A stretch of 63,775 nt of DNA, filler included, from Deltaproteobacteria bacterium (GCA_030698575.1; 14 parts of 14 records of this genome joined end to end with filler, not necessarily neighbours in it), one strand, 5' to 3'. Shown: positions 28,466-37,747, counted from the whole stretch's first letter. Translations and numbers: made by a program. The notes: a model not told the origin generated them from the letters alone.

Positions 28466-29168
28466 CTGGCCCATCACGCACCGGATCTGGCCGCCCGCCT
28501 CGCCGCGCGGTTCGGCGATGATCGGATATCGACCGCCGATGACCCCCGCCCGTCCTTCGACGGCGCAACGCCGCGCGCGACCCTTTATCCCGCCAGCCCG
28601 CAGGAGGTGGCCGGCATGCTGGCTTTTGCCGCTGCCGAGAAGCTTCACCTGGCGCCGGTGGGCGGGGGCACGCGCGCCACACTCGGCAACCCGACGCAAT
28701 CTCTCGACTTGCTTGTCTCCACGTCACGCCTCGATCGCATCACAGAGTACGCGCCCGACGATTTCGTCGTCACGGTGCAAGCCGGCGTGAGGCTCTCCCG
28801 GCTTCAGGCAGCCCTCGCGCCGCAGGCGCAGTGGTTCCCCCTCGATCCGCCCGCCACCGACCCCTCGACACTCGGCGGGATTCTGTCCGCCGACGCGAGC
28901 GGCCCCCATCGGTTTCTGCACGGGACGGCCCGGGATCTCGTGATCGGCGTCGAGGCCGCCCTCCCGAACGGCACGGTCGTCCGCTCGGGAGGCCGCGTCG
29001 TCAAGAACGTCGCGGGCTATGACTTCAAGAAGCTGTTCATCGGCGCCATCGGCACGCTGGGCGTCATCACATCGGTCTCCCTCAAACTGCAGGTGATCCC
29101 GGAGGACGAAACGCTAATCGCCGCCGGCTTCCCCGATTTCAAGAGCGCCGGAGCCGCGGCGGGCGCCC
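28466..29168 (+). CDS. glcE: Glycolate oxidase FAD-binding subunit GlcE (3' truncated)
   Basis: GGRVVKNVAGYD and GTLGVI motifs. The frame is open back to a CTG preceded by GGAGG. Confidence 0.8.
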
Positions 29169-29555
29169 NNNNNNNNNNNNNNNNNNNNNNNNNNNNNNNN
29201 NNNNNNNNNNNNTTAATTAATTAANNNNNNNNNNNNNNNNNNNNNNNNNNNNNNNNNNNNNNNNNNNNTTCATGCTTCTCTTCTACCATACATCTGTAAC
29301 ATAATCTAGTGCGAGTTGCCGGCCCTCCGCCGGCCCTCGGCCCATGTCGAATCAAGGGGTTGCGCCGGCTATGTCAGGAGGTCTGGATTCCGGAGCGTCC
29401 GGATGCTCAGGCCCGAGTAGCCGGCCAGTGCCCGGAGACTCAGGAACGGGTCGAGGTTCGTTGAGACGACCACGCGCTCGGCGAGCACGCCGCGGACCTG
29501 GGCCACGTTCACGCGGACCCCTCGGTCGCCGTCTCAGCGACCCGCCGCTCGTCCA

Positions 29556-29747
29556 TCATCCTCGGGCCTCCTCCCTGCGCTGCCGGCTCAGGGCGGCCCG
29601 ACACCGTGAGGAGCAGGCCGCCGGCTTGCCCTCGGGCATGGGCCGGCGGCAGACCGGGCAGGGGGCGGGTGAGCCTATCACGCCGGTGATAGAGGGCGCA
29701 TGTGCGGCCTGGGACGAGACTTCGGGCACGCGGGCTGGGTTGGGCAT
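29556..29747 (-). CDS. Small Zn-ribbon protein
   Basis: CPVC..CSSRCR motif. Confidence 0.5.
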   Translation of the reverse strand: MPNPARVPEVSSQAAHAPSITGVIGSPAPCPVCRRPMPEGKPAACSSRCRAALSRQRREEARG

Positions 29748-29752
29748 GGGGG

Positions 29753-30145
29753 CTAAAGGATGGAGGCCTTGAACTGCGTCGAAGTGCGCGCTACCGCCAG
29801 GGAAGCGGCCTGGGCCTCAGAAATGACCTTCCGGCACCGACACCGGAGCAGCCGGGCGACGGCCGGGACCGCGGCGGGGGCCACCAGCCCCCGGAACTCG
29901 GCGTCCCCCGTCTGGTGCTTCGTCACGCCGTCCAGGGCCAGGAGTCGGCGCCAGAGCCGCCGGCTCGTGGTGAAAGCGGCGAGCTGGGGAGCGTGTCCCG
30001 GGAGCGCCCCGAGGTGCTCAAGGCGGCCGTACCGGCCGGGGCTCACCGGCCAGCCTTCGGCGTCGGCCACTACGCGATAGCCTCGGGCGGCAGTCGCCAG
30101 CTCCTTCGCGACGGCCATCTGCTCCTGGGTCCGGTGCTCAGCCAT
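29753..30145 (-). CDS. Hypothetical protein of mobile element
   Basis: GGAGG RBS, overlaps the upstream ORF, co-oriented with the primase. Confidence 0.55.
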   Translation of the reverse strand: MAEHRTQEQMAVAKELATAARGYRVVADAEGWPVSPGRYGRLEHLGALPGHAPQLAAFTTSRRLWRRLLALDGVTKHQTGDAEFRGLVAPAAVPAVARLLRCRCRKVISEAQAASLAVARTSTQFKASIL

Positions 30146-30556
30146 CTCGTCGTCCTCCTGGGCTCCAGCGTCCAGCCCGGGGCTGTGCGGCGTCCCCCGA
30201 GGCTGGCGAGACGGCGAGGAGCCGCCAAGGGCGGACCGGGCGGGCGAGCGGGGTCAGGCGCAGGCCCGCAGCCTCGAGGATCGCGGCGGACTTCTCCAGG
30301 TCGGACTGGGCGAGGGCCTCGGGGGGGCGTATCGACAGCCCCCCAGGGGCGGACATGTCCGGCGGACAAGCGGGCAAGCTGTCCGGTTCGTGCGTGAGCG
30401 TCATTCGCCCTCTCCGGGGGGGGTGGGACAACGGGACACCCCCTATAGAAAAACTGTCCTGTCCCGGTACTCTCGAAGGGTCAGAGACCCCCTTCGATGA
30501 GCGTCCCGGGACAATCTTGTCCCGCTGTCCCGGGACACTTGTCCCGCTCAGGCGAG

Positions 30557-32455
30557 TCATGCCGGCAGGCCCCACGTGCCATCGGGGAGCTTGACGGCGC
30601 CCCGGTTGGCCATCCGGTTGAGTGTTCGGCGCACCGTGTCCTCGCTCTTGCCCAGCGCTTTGGCGAGGTCTGCCACGCTCAGGGCGCGCGCCCGGAGGGC
30701 TTCGCGGAGTTGGTCGCGGAGGCCGGCGCGGGCGAGCAGGTCGGGTTCTTTCGAGAGGTCGTGCGGGGCCACGGTGACGCGCTCGGGGTGCTCCGGGTTC
30801 GGCTCGAAGGTGAGGCGCAGGCCGAAGGGGGGATGCTTCGCGGTGTTGTTGGTCTTGATGTGGTAGCAGCCCACGAGCAGCTCGTCGGGGGCGCCGTCCG
30901 CGCGGCGCCACTCCCAGACAGCCCGGGGGAAGTTGGTGTTGAACACGCTGCCGAAGGGCTTGGCCCCCTGGCCGGGTCGATCGGCATCGGACCTGGACAG
31001 GTGGGCGAGGATGAGCTGGGCGGTCGGCCCGAAGGTGCGGAGCGTGGTGAACACCGTGTTGGACACGTCGTGCCAGGAGCGGTCACCGCCGCTGCCGCCA
31101 GCCGGCATGAGGCTATCGATCACGATGAGCTGCACGTCTCCGATGCTGTGCAGGTCCGCGCGGATCTCCGCCGCCACGTCCGGGAGCGCGCGGCTCATGC
31201 GCCGGTAGAAGATACCGCTGGGGTCCACCCCGAGGTCCCGTCCCAGCAGCGCGAGGCGCTCCTGCTGATCCTCCTGGTCGGCCTCCCAGTCCAGGTAGAG
31301 CACCTTGCCCTGGCGGGTGGGCACGAGCCCGGCGACGGGGGTGCCGCTCGCGACGACAAGGGATGCCAAGAGCGCGGCCCAACCCTTCCCAGCGCCGCCG
31401 TCGCCGAAGAGCACCGTGGCGTGGCCCGCGACCAGAAGGGGCTTGACGAGGTAACGCTCCCCCCCGCGCATCTGGGGCTTCAGCTCCACGGCCGGCCCAT
31501 CGCCGGTCCGCGAGTAGTCCACCAGGACGCGGCAGGCGTGCGCCAGTAGGTCGCGCCACGGCACGGTCGGGTCGATGTCGTCCAGCGCCTTGACTTCGGT
31601 CCGACGGCTCGCGGTGGAGGCGAGGGGGAAGTCCGCCAGATGCAGATGGCGGCCGGCGCGGGTGACGTTCAGCTCGGCGCGCACCGCCCCGCCGCTCTCG
31701 CGGATGCGCGGGCGAGCGGCCGTGATCGTCACGTCGTAGCCGCCCCAGGTGAGCACCACGTCGTCACCCGCGACCACGAGGCCAGCGGGCTCGAGGGCGG
31801 GGCCCGCCGAGGCGGCAGGCTGTCGTGTCTCGTCGGCGGGCTCGGCCTGGGCGCTCTCGTCGGGCCGGACCACAGGATCACCCTCGGTCCCGGGCGTGTC
31901 GTCGAAGAACGGCGCCACGTTCGCGAGCGCCTCCAGCTCTTCCCGCGTGTGCCCGGCGTCGAGCCAGTCGGAGACATCGCCCTTCGGGGGCAGGCCCGGC
32001 AACGCCAGGACGCGGGCTTGCAGCGCGTGACGCCGGCAGGCGCGGGCCACGGCGGTGGCGTACTGGCGGCCAGGTGCGTCGTTGTCCGGGAGGATCACCA
32101 CCTCCTGCGCCCCGAGGCGCGCGAGCTGCTCCGCGTACTCATCGCGGAAGGCCTGCGCCCCGCCGGGTGACGTGGTGGCCGTGATGCCAAGTCCTGCGAG
32201 GCGGTCGCTGTCTTTCTCGCCCTCGGTCCAGAACACCCGTCCCTGCTCGACAAGCCCGGGGAGGCGGTAGAGGACGCGCGGCACTCCCTCGAGGCTCCAG
32301 ATCCAGCCGCCGCGCTCGTCTGGCCGGCGCTGGCGGAAGTCCTTGGGCGCGAAGCGCACCACCTGGGACAGGAGCGCCCCGGCGCCGTCCGTGTAGTCGT
32401 AGGTCGCGAGGATTCGCCCGGCCCCGTCGCGCCCCTGGCCGTCGGCCTTCGTGTT
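30557..32455 (-). CDS. Toprim primase fused to AAA (RepA/SF4-like) helicase with C-terminal HTH (5' truncated)
   Basis: EGEKD, ILPDND.PG and GDVSDW (Toprim); GDGGAGKG Walker A, LYLDWE, LIVIDS, ILAH; terminal SVADLAKALGKSEDTVR HTH. Confidence 0.88.
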   Translation of the reverse strand, partial: NTKADGQGRDGAGRILATYDYTDGAGALLSQVVRFAPKDFRQRRPDERGGWIWSLEGVPRVLYRLPGLVEQGRVFWTEGEKDSDRLAGLGITATTSPGGAQAFRDEYAEQLARLGAQEVVILPDNDAPGRQYATAVARACRRHALQARVLALPGLPPKGDVSDWLDAGHTREELEALANVAPFFDDTPGTEGDPVVRPDESAQAEPADETRQPAASAGPALEPAGLVVAGDDVVLTWGGYDVTITAARPRIRESGGAVRAELNVTRAGRHLHLADFPLASTASRRTEVKALDDIDPTVPWRDLLAHACRVLVDYSRTGDGPAVELKPQMRGGERYLVKPLLVAGHATVLFGDGGAGKGWAALLASLVVASGTPVAGLVPTRQGKVLYLDWEADQEDQQERLALLGRDLGVDPSGIFYRRMSRALPDVAAEIRADLHSIGDVQLIVIDSLMPAGGSGGDRSWHDVSNTVFTTLRTFGPTAQLILAHLSRSDADRPGQGAKPFGSVFNTNFPRAVWEWRRADGAPDELLVGCYHIKTNNTAKHPPFGLRLTFEPNPEHPERVTVAPHDLSKEPDLLARAGLRDQLREALRARALSVADLAKALGKSEDTVRRTLNRMANRGAVKLPDGTWGLPA

Positions 32456-32924
32456 NNNNNNNNNNNNNNNNNNNNNNNNNNNNNNNNNNNNNNNNNNNNT
32501 TAATTAATTAANNNNNNNNNNNNNNNNNNNNNNNNNNNNNNNNNNNNNNNNNNNNCCGGGTGTGACGACGGCCGCCGCGGGATCGCTGGCCACCATCGGC
32601 GTCGTCGCCGCCGACCTCCACCGCCGGGCCTCGTAGCCTAGCCGCAGCCCTCTCCCTGAAAATGCAGCGGCACTTACCCTTGCCCCTCGCGAGCCACGAG
32701 GCCACTAACGTCAGGGCGCGACCGGCGTGGGGCATGTCGGACCACCTCGCGCGACGCAACAGCGGGCCGTCCGCGAGGGCCTTCGGGACGAGATGGGCCT
32801 CGGGGCAAACGATTGCAGGCCCCAACGATTCTGACGCCATGGGCTGGGGCGTGGGTCCGTCCCCGAGTCCCTCAATAGTTCATACACTTACGGTCTTTAG
32901 ATGTGGCCAGCCCGTCGGGTTGCC

Positions 32925-35031
32925 CTAGCCTGATTTTCCACGGAGGGGGGATCGCCTAACGCCGGGGCGCCTCCGACCAAGCGTCTTGTCGGCTCGGGAA
33001 GAGATCCGCGCGGCCAGCCGCTTGGCCGAGTACGATCTCCTGCTCGCACTCCAATCTAACCTGTTGTCAGTATGATTGGTGTCCTGATAGGTCATATTTG
33101 GTCTGTTACTCTGCGGTATAGTTAGACTGCGTGGCCGGAAGTGTGACCCGATCCGCCCGTTTTGGCGGCTCTTGAGCGTATCAATGCCACAACGGCTGGT
33201 GGGCCTCTTCGGTTGTTGACACCAGCCCTTGGATATACGACAATTGGCCGTGGCTATCAGGGAACCAAAGTCCCTTACATGGTGCCAGCGGTTCTTCACC
33301 GTGCCGCGCCTCCCGCGGCAGCGCATGTACGAGGCATTGCGCGCCTACTTCGTAGAGGGGCGGCCGTCGGGCAAGGTGGCCGCGGCCTTCGGCTATACAG
33401 CGGCTTCGTTCCGCGTCCTCTGCCACCAGTTCCGCCGTGACCCGCCGGAGTTCTTCGCAGCTCCCAGGCCGGGGCCTCGCCTCCAGCCGCGCAAATCCGC
33501 GGCCCGCGATCTCGCCGTCAAGCTGCGCAAGCAGAACCACTCCATCTACGAGATCAGCGCGGCCCTCAAGGAGGCCGGGCACCCGCTGAGCTCCACCGCC
33601 GTGCGGGAAGTGCTCCGCGAAGAGGGCTTCGCACGCCTTCCTCGCCGGCTCGACGAGGAGCGACTGGCCGAGCCCCGGCCCACCGTGGAGGCCGTCGCCG
33701 ACGTCCGCCAGTTCTCGCTCGACGCCCGCTCGTTCACGACGCCCTGTGGCGGTCTCTTCCTCTTCCTTCCGGATCTCGTGCGCCTTCAGATCGACAAGGT
33801 CGCCGCATCTGCGCAGTTCCCGGGCTCCCGGATGATTCCCGCCGCGCATGCCCTGCGCGCCTCTCTGGCCCTCAAGCTCTGGTCGATCGAGCGCAAGAGC
33901 CATGTCATGCCGCTCGCGGCCGACGAGGGGCTCGCCCTCTTTTCGGGCCTCAACGCCACTCCTAAGAGAAGCTATCTCTCCGAGTACTCCTCGCGCCTCT
34001 CGCACGCCAAGACGATGAAGCTCATCGCGACCTGGCACGACCTCGTCGCGGGCGACAAGCTCTTCGACGCCGAGTCGTTCAACCACGACTTCCACTCCGT
34101 GCCCTACTACGGCGAGCACCCCGTCGTGCAGCGGCACTACGTCTCGTCCCGCAGCCGGCGCCAGCTCAGCGTCCTCGTCTTCGCCGCCCAGGACGCCGAG
34201 GGCCGGGCCTTCTGCTACACAAACGCCGACCTGCGCAAGGGCGAGGAGTCCGACGAGATCCTCCGCTTTGTCGACTTCTGGACGCGCACGCACGGCGCGC
34301 TCCCGCCCCATCTGGTCTTCGACTCCAGGCTCACCACCTACGACAACTTGGCCAAGCTCGACCAGATGGGAATCCTCTTCATCACCCTGCGCCGGCGCTC
34401 GCCGAAGCTGCTCCAGGAGATCGCGAACCTGCCCCGCTCGGCCTGGCGCCAGGTCGAGCTCGACGTCCCGACGCGCAAGTTCAAGACGCCGCGGGTCTAC
34501 GAGCAGCAGGTCGTCCTCGCCGCGCGCTCATTCCGCCAGTTCTACATCCAGGATCTCGGACACGACGAGCCGACGATCCTACTCACCAACGAGCCGCGGA
34601 CGCCCGCCAAGATCATCACGCGCTACGCCCAGCGCATGCTCATCGAGAACGCCCTCTCGGATGCCGTCCGCTTCTTCCACATGGACGCGCTCTCCTCCGC
34701 CGTGGGCATGAAGGTCGACTTCGACATGGGCCTGATGGTGCTTGCCAGCGGCCTCTACCGCCTCCTCGCCCGGCGGATGCGCGGCTACTCGGATGCGCAG
34801 GCGCGCCGCATCTTCCGCGACCTCGTCGACATCCCGGCCGACATTAACGTTACCCCCGAGGAGATCGTGGTCGGGTTTCACCGGCGCGCACACTTGCCCA
34901 TCGTGGTCGCGTCGGGCCTCCTCAACACGCCCGTCGCCATCCCGTGGTGGCGCGGTGCTCGCCTCCGCCTCGTCACGTGAGCCGACCGCGCCGGTGTTAG
35001 CGGAATTCCGGTCCGTGGAAAATCAGGCTAG
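32925..35031 (+). mobile_element. Complete IS element, IS1380/IS4-superfamily-like
   Basis: Perfect 20-bp inverted repeat CTAGCCTGATTTTCCACGGA at 32925-32944 and 35012-35031. The outer CTAG may be the target duplication. Confidence 0.88.
33229..34980 (+). CDS. DDE transposase with N-terminal HTH
   Basis: NHDFH, VFDSR and YAQRMLIEN (Y-2-R-3-E) motifs; lies inside the inverted repeats. Start uncertain. Confidence 0.82.
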   Translation: MDIRQLAVAIREPKSLTWCQRFFTVPRLPRQRMYEALRAYFVEGRPSGKVAAAFGYTAASFRVLCHQFRRDPPEFFAAPRPGPRLQPRKSAARDLAVKLRKQNHSIYEISAALKEAGHPLSSTAVREVLREEGFARLPRRLDEERLAEPRPTVEAVADVRQFSLDARSFTTPCGGLFLFLPDLVRLQIDKVAASAQFPGSRMIPAAHALRASLALKLWSIERKSHVMPLAADEGLALFSGLNATPKRSYLSEYSSRLSHAKTMKLIATWHDLVAGDKLFDAESFNHDFHSVPYYGEHPVVQRHYVSSRSRRQLSVLVFAAQDAEGRAFCYTNADLRKGEESDEILRFVDFWTRTHGALPPHLVFDSRLTTYDNLAKLDQMGILFITLRRRSPKLLQEIANLPRSAWRQVELDVPTRKFKTPRVYEQQVVLAARSFRQFYIQDLGHDEPTILLTNEPRTPAKIITRYAQRMLIENALSDAVRFFHMDALSSAVGMKVDFDMGLMVLASGLYRLLARRMRGYSDAQARRIFRDLVDIPADINVTPEEIVVGFHRRAHLPIVVASGLLNTPVAIPWWRGARLRLVT

Positions 35032-35326
35032 TGTCGCAGCGGTGGATAAAACCCGGAAGGACGGGTTCCTTGAGCCCTTGGCGGCCCTAACGGGATCCGC
35101 CAGAATNNNNNNNNNNNNNNNNNNNNNNNNNNNNNNNNNNNNNNNNNNNNTTAATTAATTAANNNNNNNNNNNNNNNNNNNNNNNNNNNNNNNNNNNNNN
35201 NNNNNNGGCGTTATCGAGTGGGTGACACCGGCTTTACGTGCGCGATAGCGCGCATGGTTACATAAGTAGGCCGCAAGCTGCCTGCCGTTCGGGTGTCGCA
35301 ATGTTTGCGGCCGGGGTACTACGTGT

Positions 35327-35464
35327 TCAGCTTTTCCTGCGGTGCCACCCGAGACGCAAGATGAAGATCAGCGCCGCGAGGTGGCTGACGCCCGCCCACA
35401 GGATGAGGAGGACGAGCGCAACCGCTGGCAGGGCTACCACCAGCAGGACGAGGAGTAGGTCCAC
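35327..35464 (-). CDS. 45-aa membrane peptide (not in ORF track)
   Basis: GTG overlaps the protease stop. Translates MDLLLVLLVVALPAVALVLLILWAGVSHLAALIFILRLGWHRRKS. Confidence 0.55.
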   Translation of the reverse strand: MDLLLVLLVVALPAVALVLLILWAGVSHLAALIFILRLGWHRRKS

Positions 35465-36168
35465 TATCCGAGTCGACCGCCGGCGTAGTCATTCAGCTTG
35501 GGGTCCACGCGCGGGGGCTTGTAGCTAAAGTAAAAATCGATCATCGTCTTCGTATCGACGGCGCGCGCGAGGTGGAAGATATGGGTTATGGTGAACATCC
35601 CGTCACCCGCGCTGATGAGCTCGACCACGATACCGACGAGCTCGCCATCGACGAAGAGACCGCCACCCGAGTTACCGCCGGAGATCGGGGCAGAAAACAT
35701 AAGGCGCCTGTCCGACGGAACGTAGCCCTGGATGCGGCCGGTCGTAAGTATCTGCGTGGCGGCGTGGTTGAACGAGGGGTGACCGATCGCAATCGCTTCG
35801 GCGTCGACCTGGGGGTTAACCCAGGCGACGGGCGCGCACGGGCACCCGAGTGCCACCTGCAAGAGCGCGATGTCCGCAAGCACGTCGACCTTGATGACTT
35901 TCGCTGGCGCCTGCTCGATGCCTACGCGCAAGGTGCGATCGCCGATGCCGGAGACATGTGCGGCCGTAAGCATCAGCCGGGGGGCGACCATCACGCCGGA
36001 GCCGTTGCCGACTACCGTACCGTCGGGGGCTACTATGGTGACGATGTGGACGGTGTCCCGGAGGTTGACGGGGGTTGTCTGCGTCACCGGGGTGGCGACG
36101 GGCCACACCATAACGGCAAACGCCAGAAGGATAGCGGCGAGAATCGGAATCGAATAGCGCGTCTTCAT
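35464..36168 (-). CDS. Trypsin-like serine protease with N-terminal signal/anchor
   Basis: Catalytic triad motifs LTAAHV, DIALL and GGNSGG; GGAGG RBS. Confidence 0.9.
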   Translation of the reverse strand: MKTRYSIPILAAILLAFAVMVWPVATPVTQTTPVNLRDTVHIVTIVAPDGTVVGNGSGVMVAPRLMLTAAHVSGIGDRTLRVGIEQAPAKVIKVDVLADIALLQVALGCPCAPVAWVNPQVDAEAIAIGHPSFNHAATQILTTGRIQGYVPSDRRLMFSAPISGGNSGGGLFVDGELVGIVVELISAGDGMFTITHIFHLARAVDTKTMIDFYFSYKPPRVDPKLNDYAGGRLG

Positions 36169-36190
36169 GGCGACGTCCTCCGTTAACAAA

Positions 36191-36228
36191 AGACTAGCAT
36201 TTGCTAGCCGCTCTGTCCAAAATGATTT
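36191..36228 (-). promoter_or_regulatory. Sigma70-like promoter, copy 1, with CTAGC..GCTAG palindrome
   Basis: Minus strand reads TGGACA-17nt-TAGTCT with extended TG. 33/38 identical to 37291-37328. Confidence 0.65.
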
Positions 36229-36303
36229 GGGCTCCGGAGGATGGTCTCGAACCACCGACCCACGCCTTAACAGAGCGCCGCTCTACCCCTGAGCTACTCC
36301 GGA
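36229..36303 (-). tRNA. tRNA-Asn(GTT)
   Basis: Acceptor stem TCCGGAG/CTCCGGA, loop CTGTTAA, T-loop TTCGAGA. 3' end reads G-CCCA. Confidence 0.88.
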
Positions 36304-36308
36304 ATTGG

Positions 36309-36382
36309 TGGAGCCCCCGCTACGAATCGAACGCAGGTTGGCGGTTTACAAAACCGCTGCTCTACCACTGAGCAACGGGGGC
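36309..36382 (-). tRNA. tRNA-Thr(TGT)
   Basis: Acceptor stem GCCCCCG/CGGGGGC, loop TTTGTAA, T-loop TTCGATT, CCA encoded. Confidence 0.9.
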
Positions 36383-36384
36383 GC

Positions 36385-36459
36385 TGGCGGCCACGGCAGG
36401 ACTCGAACCCGCATCGTCTCGATAGACAATCGAGCGCCTGACCTCTCGACCACGCGGCC
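36385..36459 (-). tRNA. tRNA-Asp(GTC)
   Basis: Acceptor stem GGCCGCG/CGTGGCC, anticodon arm CTCGA-TTGTCTA-TCGAG, GCCA end. Confidence 0.9.
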
Positions 36460-36460
36460 T

Positions 36461-36537
36461 TGGCAATCACCCAGGGAATCGAACCCCGCTCAGTCGGATT
36501 TGGAGTCCAACTCGCCAGCCTTGGGACATGGGCGACT
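36461..36537 (-). tRNA. tRNA-Trp(CCA)
   Basis: Acceptor stem AGTCGCC/GGTGATT, anticodon arm TTGGA-CTCCAAA-TCCGA, GCCA end. Atypical D-arm. Confidence 0.8.
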
Positions 36538-36545
36538 ACAGAAAA

Positions 36546-36824
36546 TCAGCCAACCCATCCGGTCGGAGTAAGAAGGAGAAGGCGCCCATCGACGCCGTAC
36601 TTGAAGGCGGGGGCGTCACAGTGCTTACGGAACCAGAAGCCGAAGTCCTTTACGTCCCAGTCCGAGGAGCGGGCGACGTCGTAGTGATAGATGTCCCGGC
36701 GCGCGATCGCGAGCGTCGTCCCGCAGTGCGGGCAGATCCACTCGGTCCCCTCGAGAAACTTCACGGGCCGCGGTGCCGCGCGCGGCGGCTGGAAAAACTT
36801 GAGGAGCCACTCGAGGAGTTTCAT
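36546..36824 (-). CDS. Phage hypothetical protein (CPHC, possible Zn-binding)
   Basis: ATGA overlap with the HNH stop; 92 aa. Confidence 0.65.
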   Translation of the reverse strand: MKLLEWLLKFFQPPRAAPRPVKFLEGTEWICPHCGTTLAIARRDIYHYDVARSSDWDVKDFGFWFRKHCDAPAFKYGVDGRLLLLTPTGWVG

Positions 36825-37283
36825 GGCATGTCCGGCCAGTGCCGATTTCCTTTTGCGAGGTTATGGACCGCCGGTATGACGCGGAGGTTGAACTCGACGT
36901 GCAGCCCGCAGACGATCTTCGACCTCAACGGGACCACATGGTCGACGTGCCACTCGTACCCGGTGAGCCGCGTGCGGAGCTGCGCGAGCTCATAGATCTC
37001 TTCGATGAAGAACTCGTTTGCCCAAGCGGGGGTGGCCGTTCTCTCCTGCCTCGCGGTGTTGCTCGCCACCACCTTGCCGGGGTTGCTCTTCCGCCAGCGG
37101 CGTTTCACATCCGCCCATTTTTCGGGGTTTGCTTCACGCCACGCCTTGCCGTTCACGGTTCGCCCGGCCCCATGCGACGGCCTCGGCGTTACCGCATGGC
37201 TTGCACCACGACACGTAGCCAGACTTACGCACGTAGAACTCCGCGAGCGGCTTTTCAACCGCGCACTTCGAGCAGATCTTCAT
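36821..37283 (-). pseudogene. HNH endonuclease, frameshifted
   Basis: N-terminal MKICSKC..WCKPC lies in one frame and TPAWA..HVDHVVPL..VCGLHVEFNL..N..KGN in another. The switch is near 37150-37160. Confidence 0.8.
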
Positions 37284-37290
37284 CCTGGAT

Positions 37291-37328
37291 AGACTAGCAA
37301 AGGCTAGACACTCTGTCCAAAATGATTT
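37291..37328 (-). promoter_or_regulatory. Sigma70-like promoter, copy 2
   Basis: TGGACA-17nt-TAGTCT. The HNH ATG lies 7 nt after the -10 box. Confidence 0.65.
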
Positions 37329-37335
37329 AACGCCG

Positions 37336-37747
37336 TCAACCCAGGCAACCCATGCCAGGCACTGTCGGCTTCCACCCCTCGACCTTCGCCTCCTTCGGGA
37401 GCTCACGCACCTTCATGTGGCGGACCATCATCAGGAGCTTGAGCGTCGCCGACATCAGGTCATCGTTCTCGCGGACGACCAGACCGTCCTTCCGGTGATA
37501 GAGCCGGAACTCGTCGAACCAGTCGACCAGGTGCTTCGCGACCTTCAGCCGGTTGGTCTGTATGCGGTCGAACATCAGTGTGAGGCCGTTCTCGAGCGAT
37601 ATGCCGCCGTCGCCCTCCTTCTGCCCCTTCGCGGGCGCGTGTGTCGCACGCTCCCTGAACATATTCACGCCCATGTCGCGGTACTGCTGCGCGTGGGTGA
37701 TGCCGCTGCCGCGGCTGTCGCGGGTCTCGCCGTCATGCGGCCAGAAG
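37336..37747 (-). CDS. terL: Terminase large subunit, C-terminal nuclease part (P22-like)
   Basis: WPHDG..SG..QY, EFRLYHRKDG.VV.ENDDLMSA motifs. Confidence 0.88.

Noticed and set aside
32556-32924. ORFs left of the IS
   Set aside because: No recognisable motifs and truncated by the spacer, so no product can be supported.
36305-36684. Plus-strand ORFs over the tRNA cluster (also 56758-57346 over tRNA-Leu)
   Set aside because: These are translations of tRNA genes and their antisense strands.
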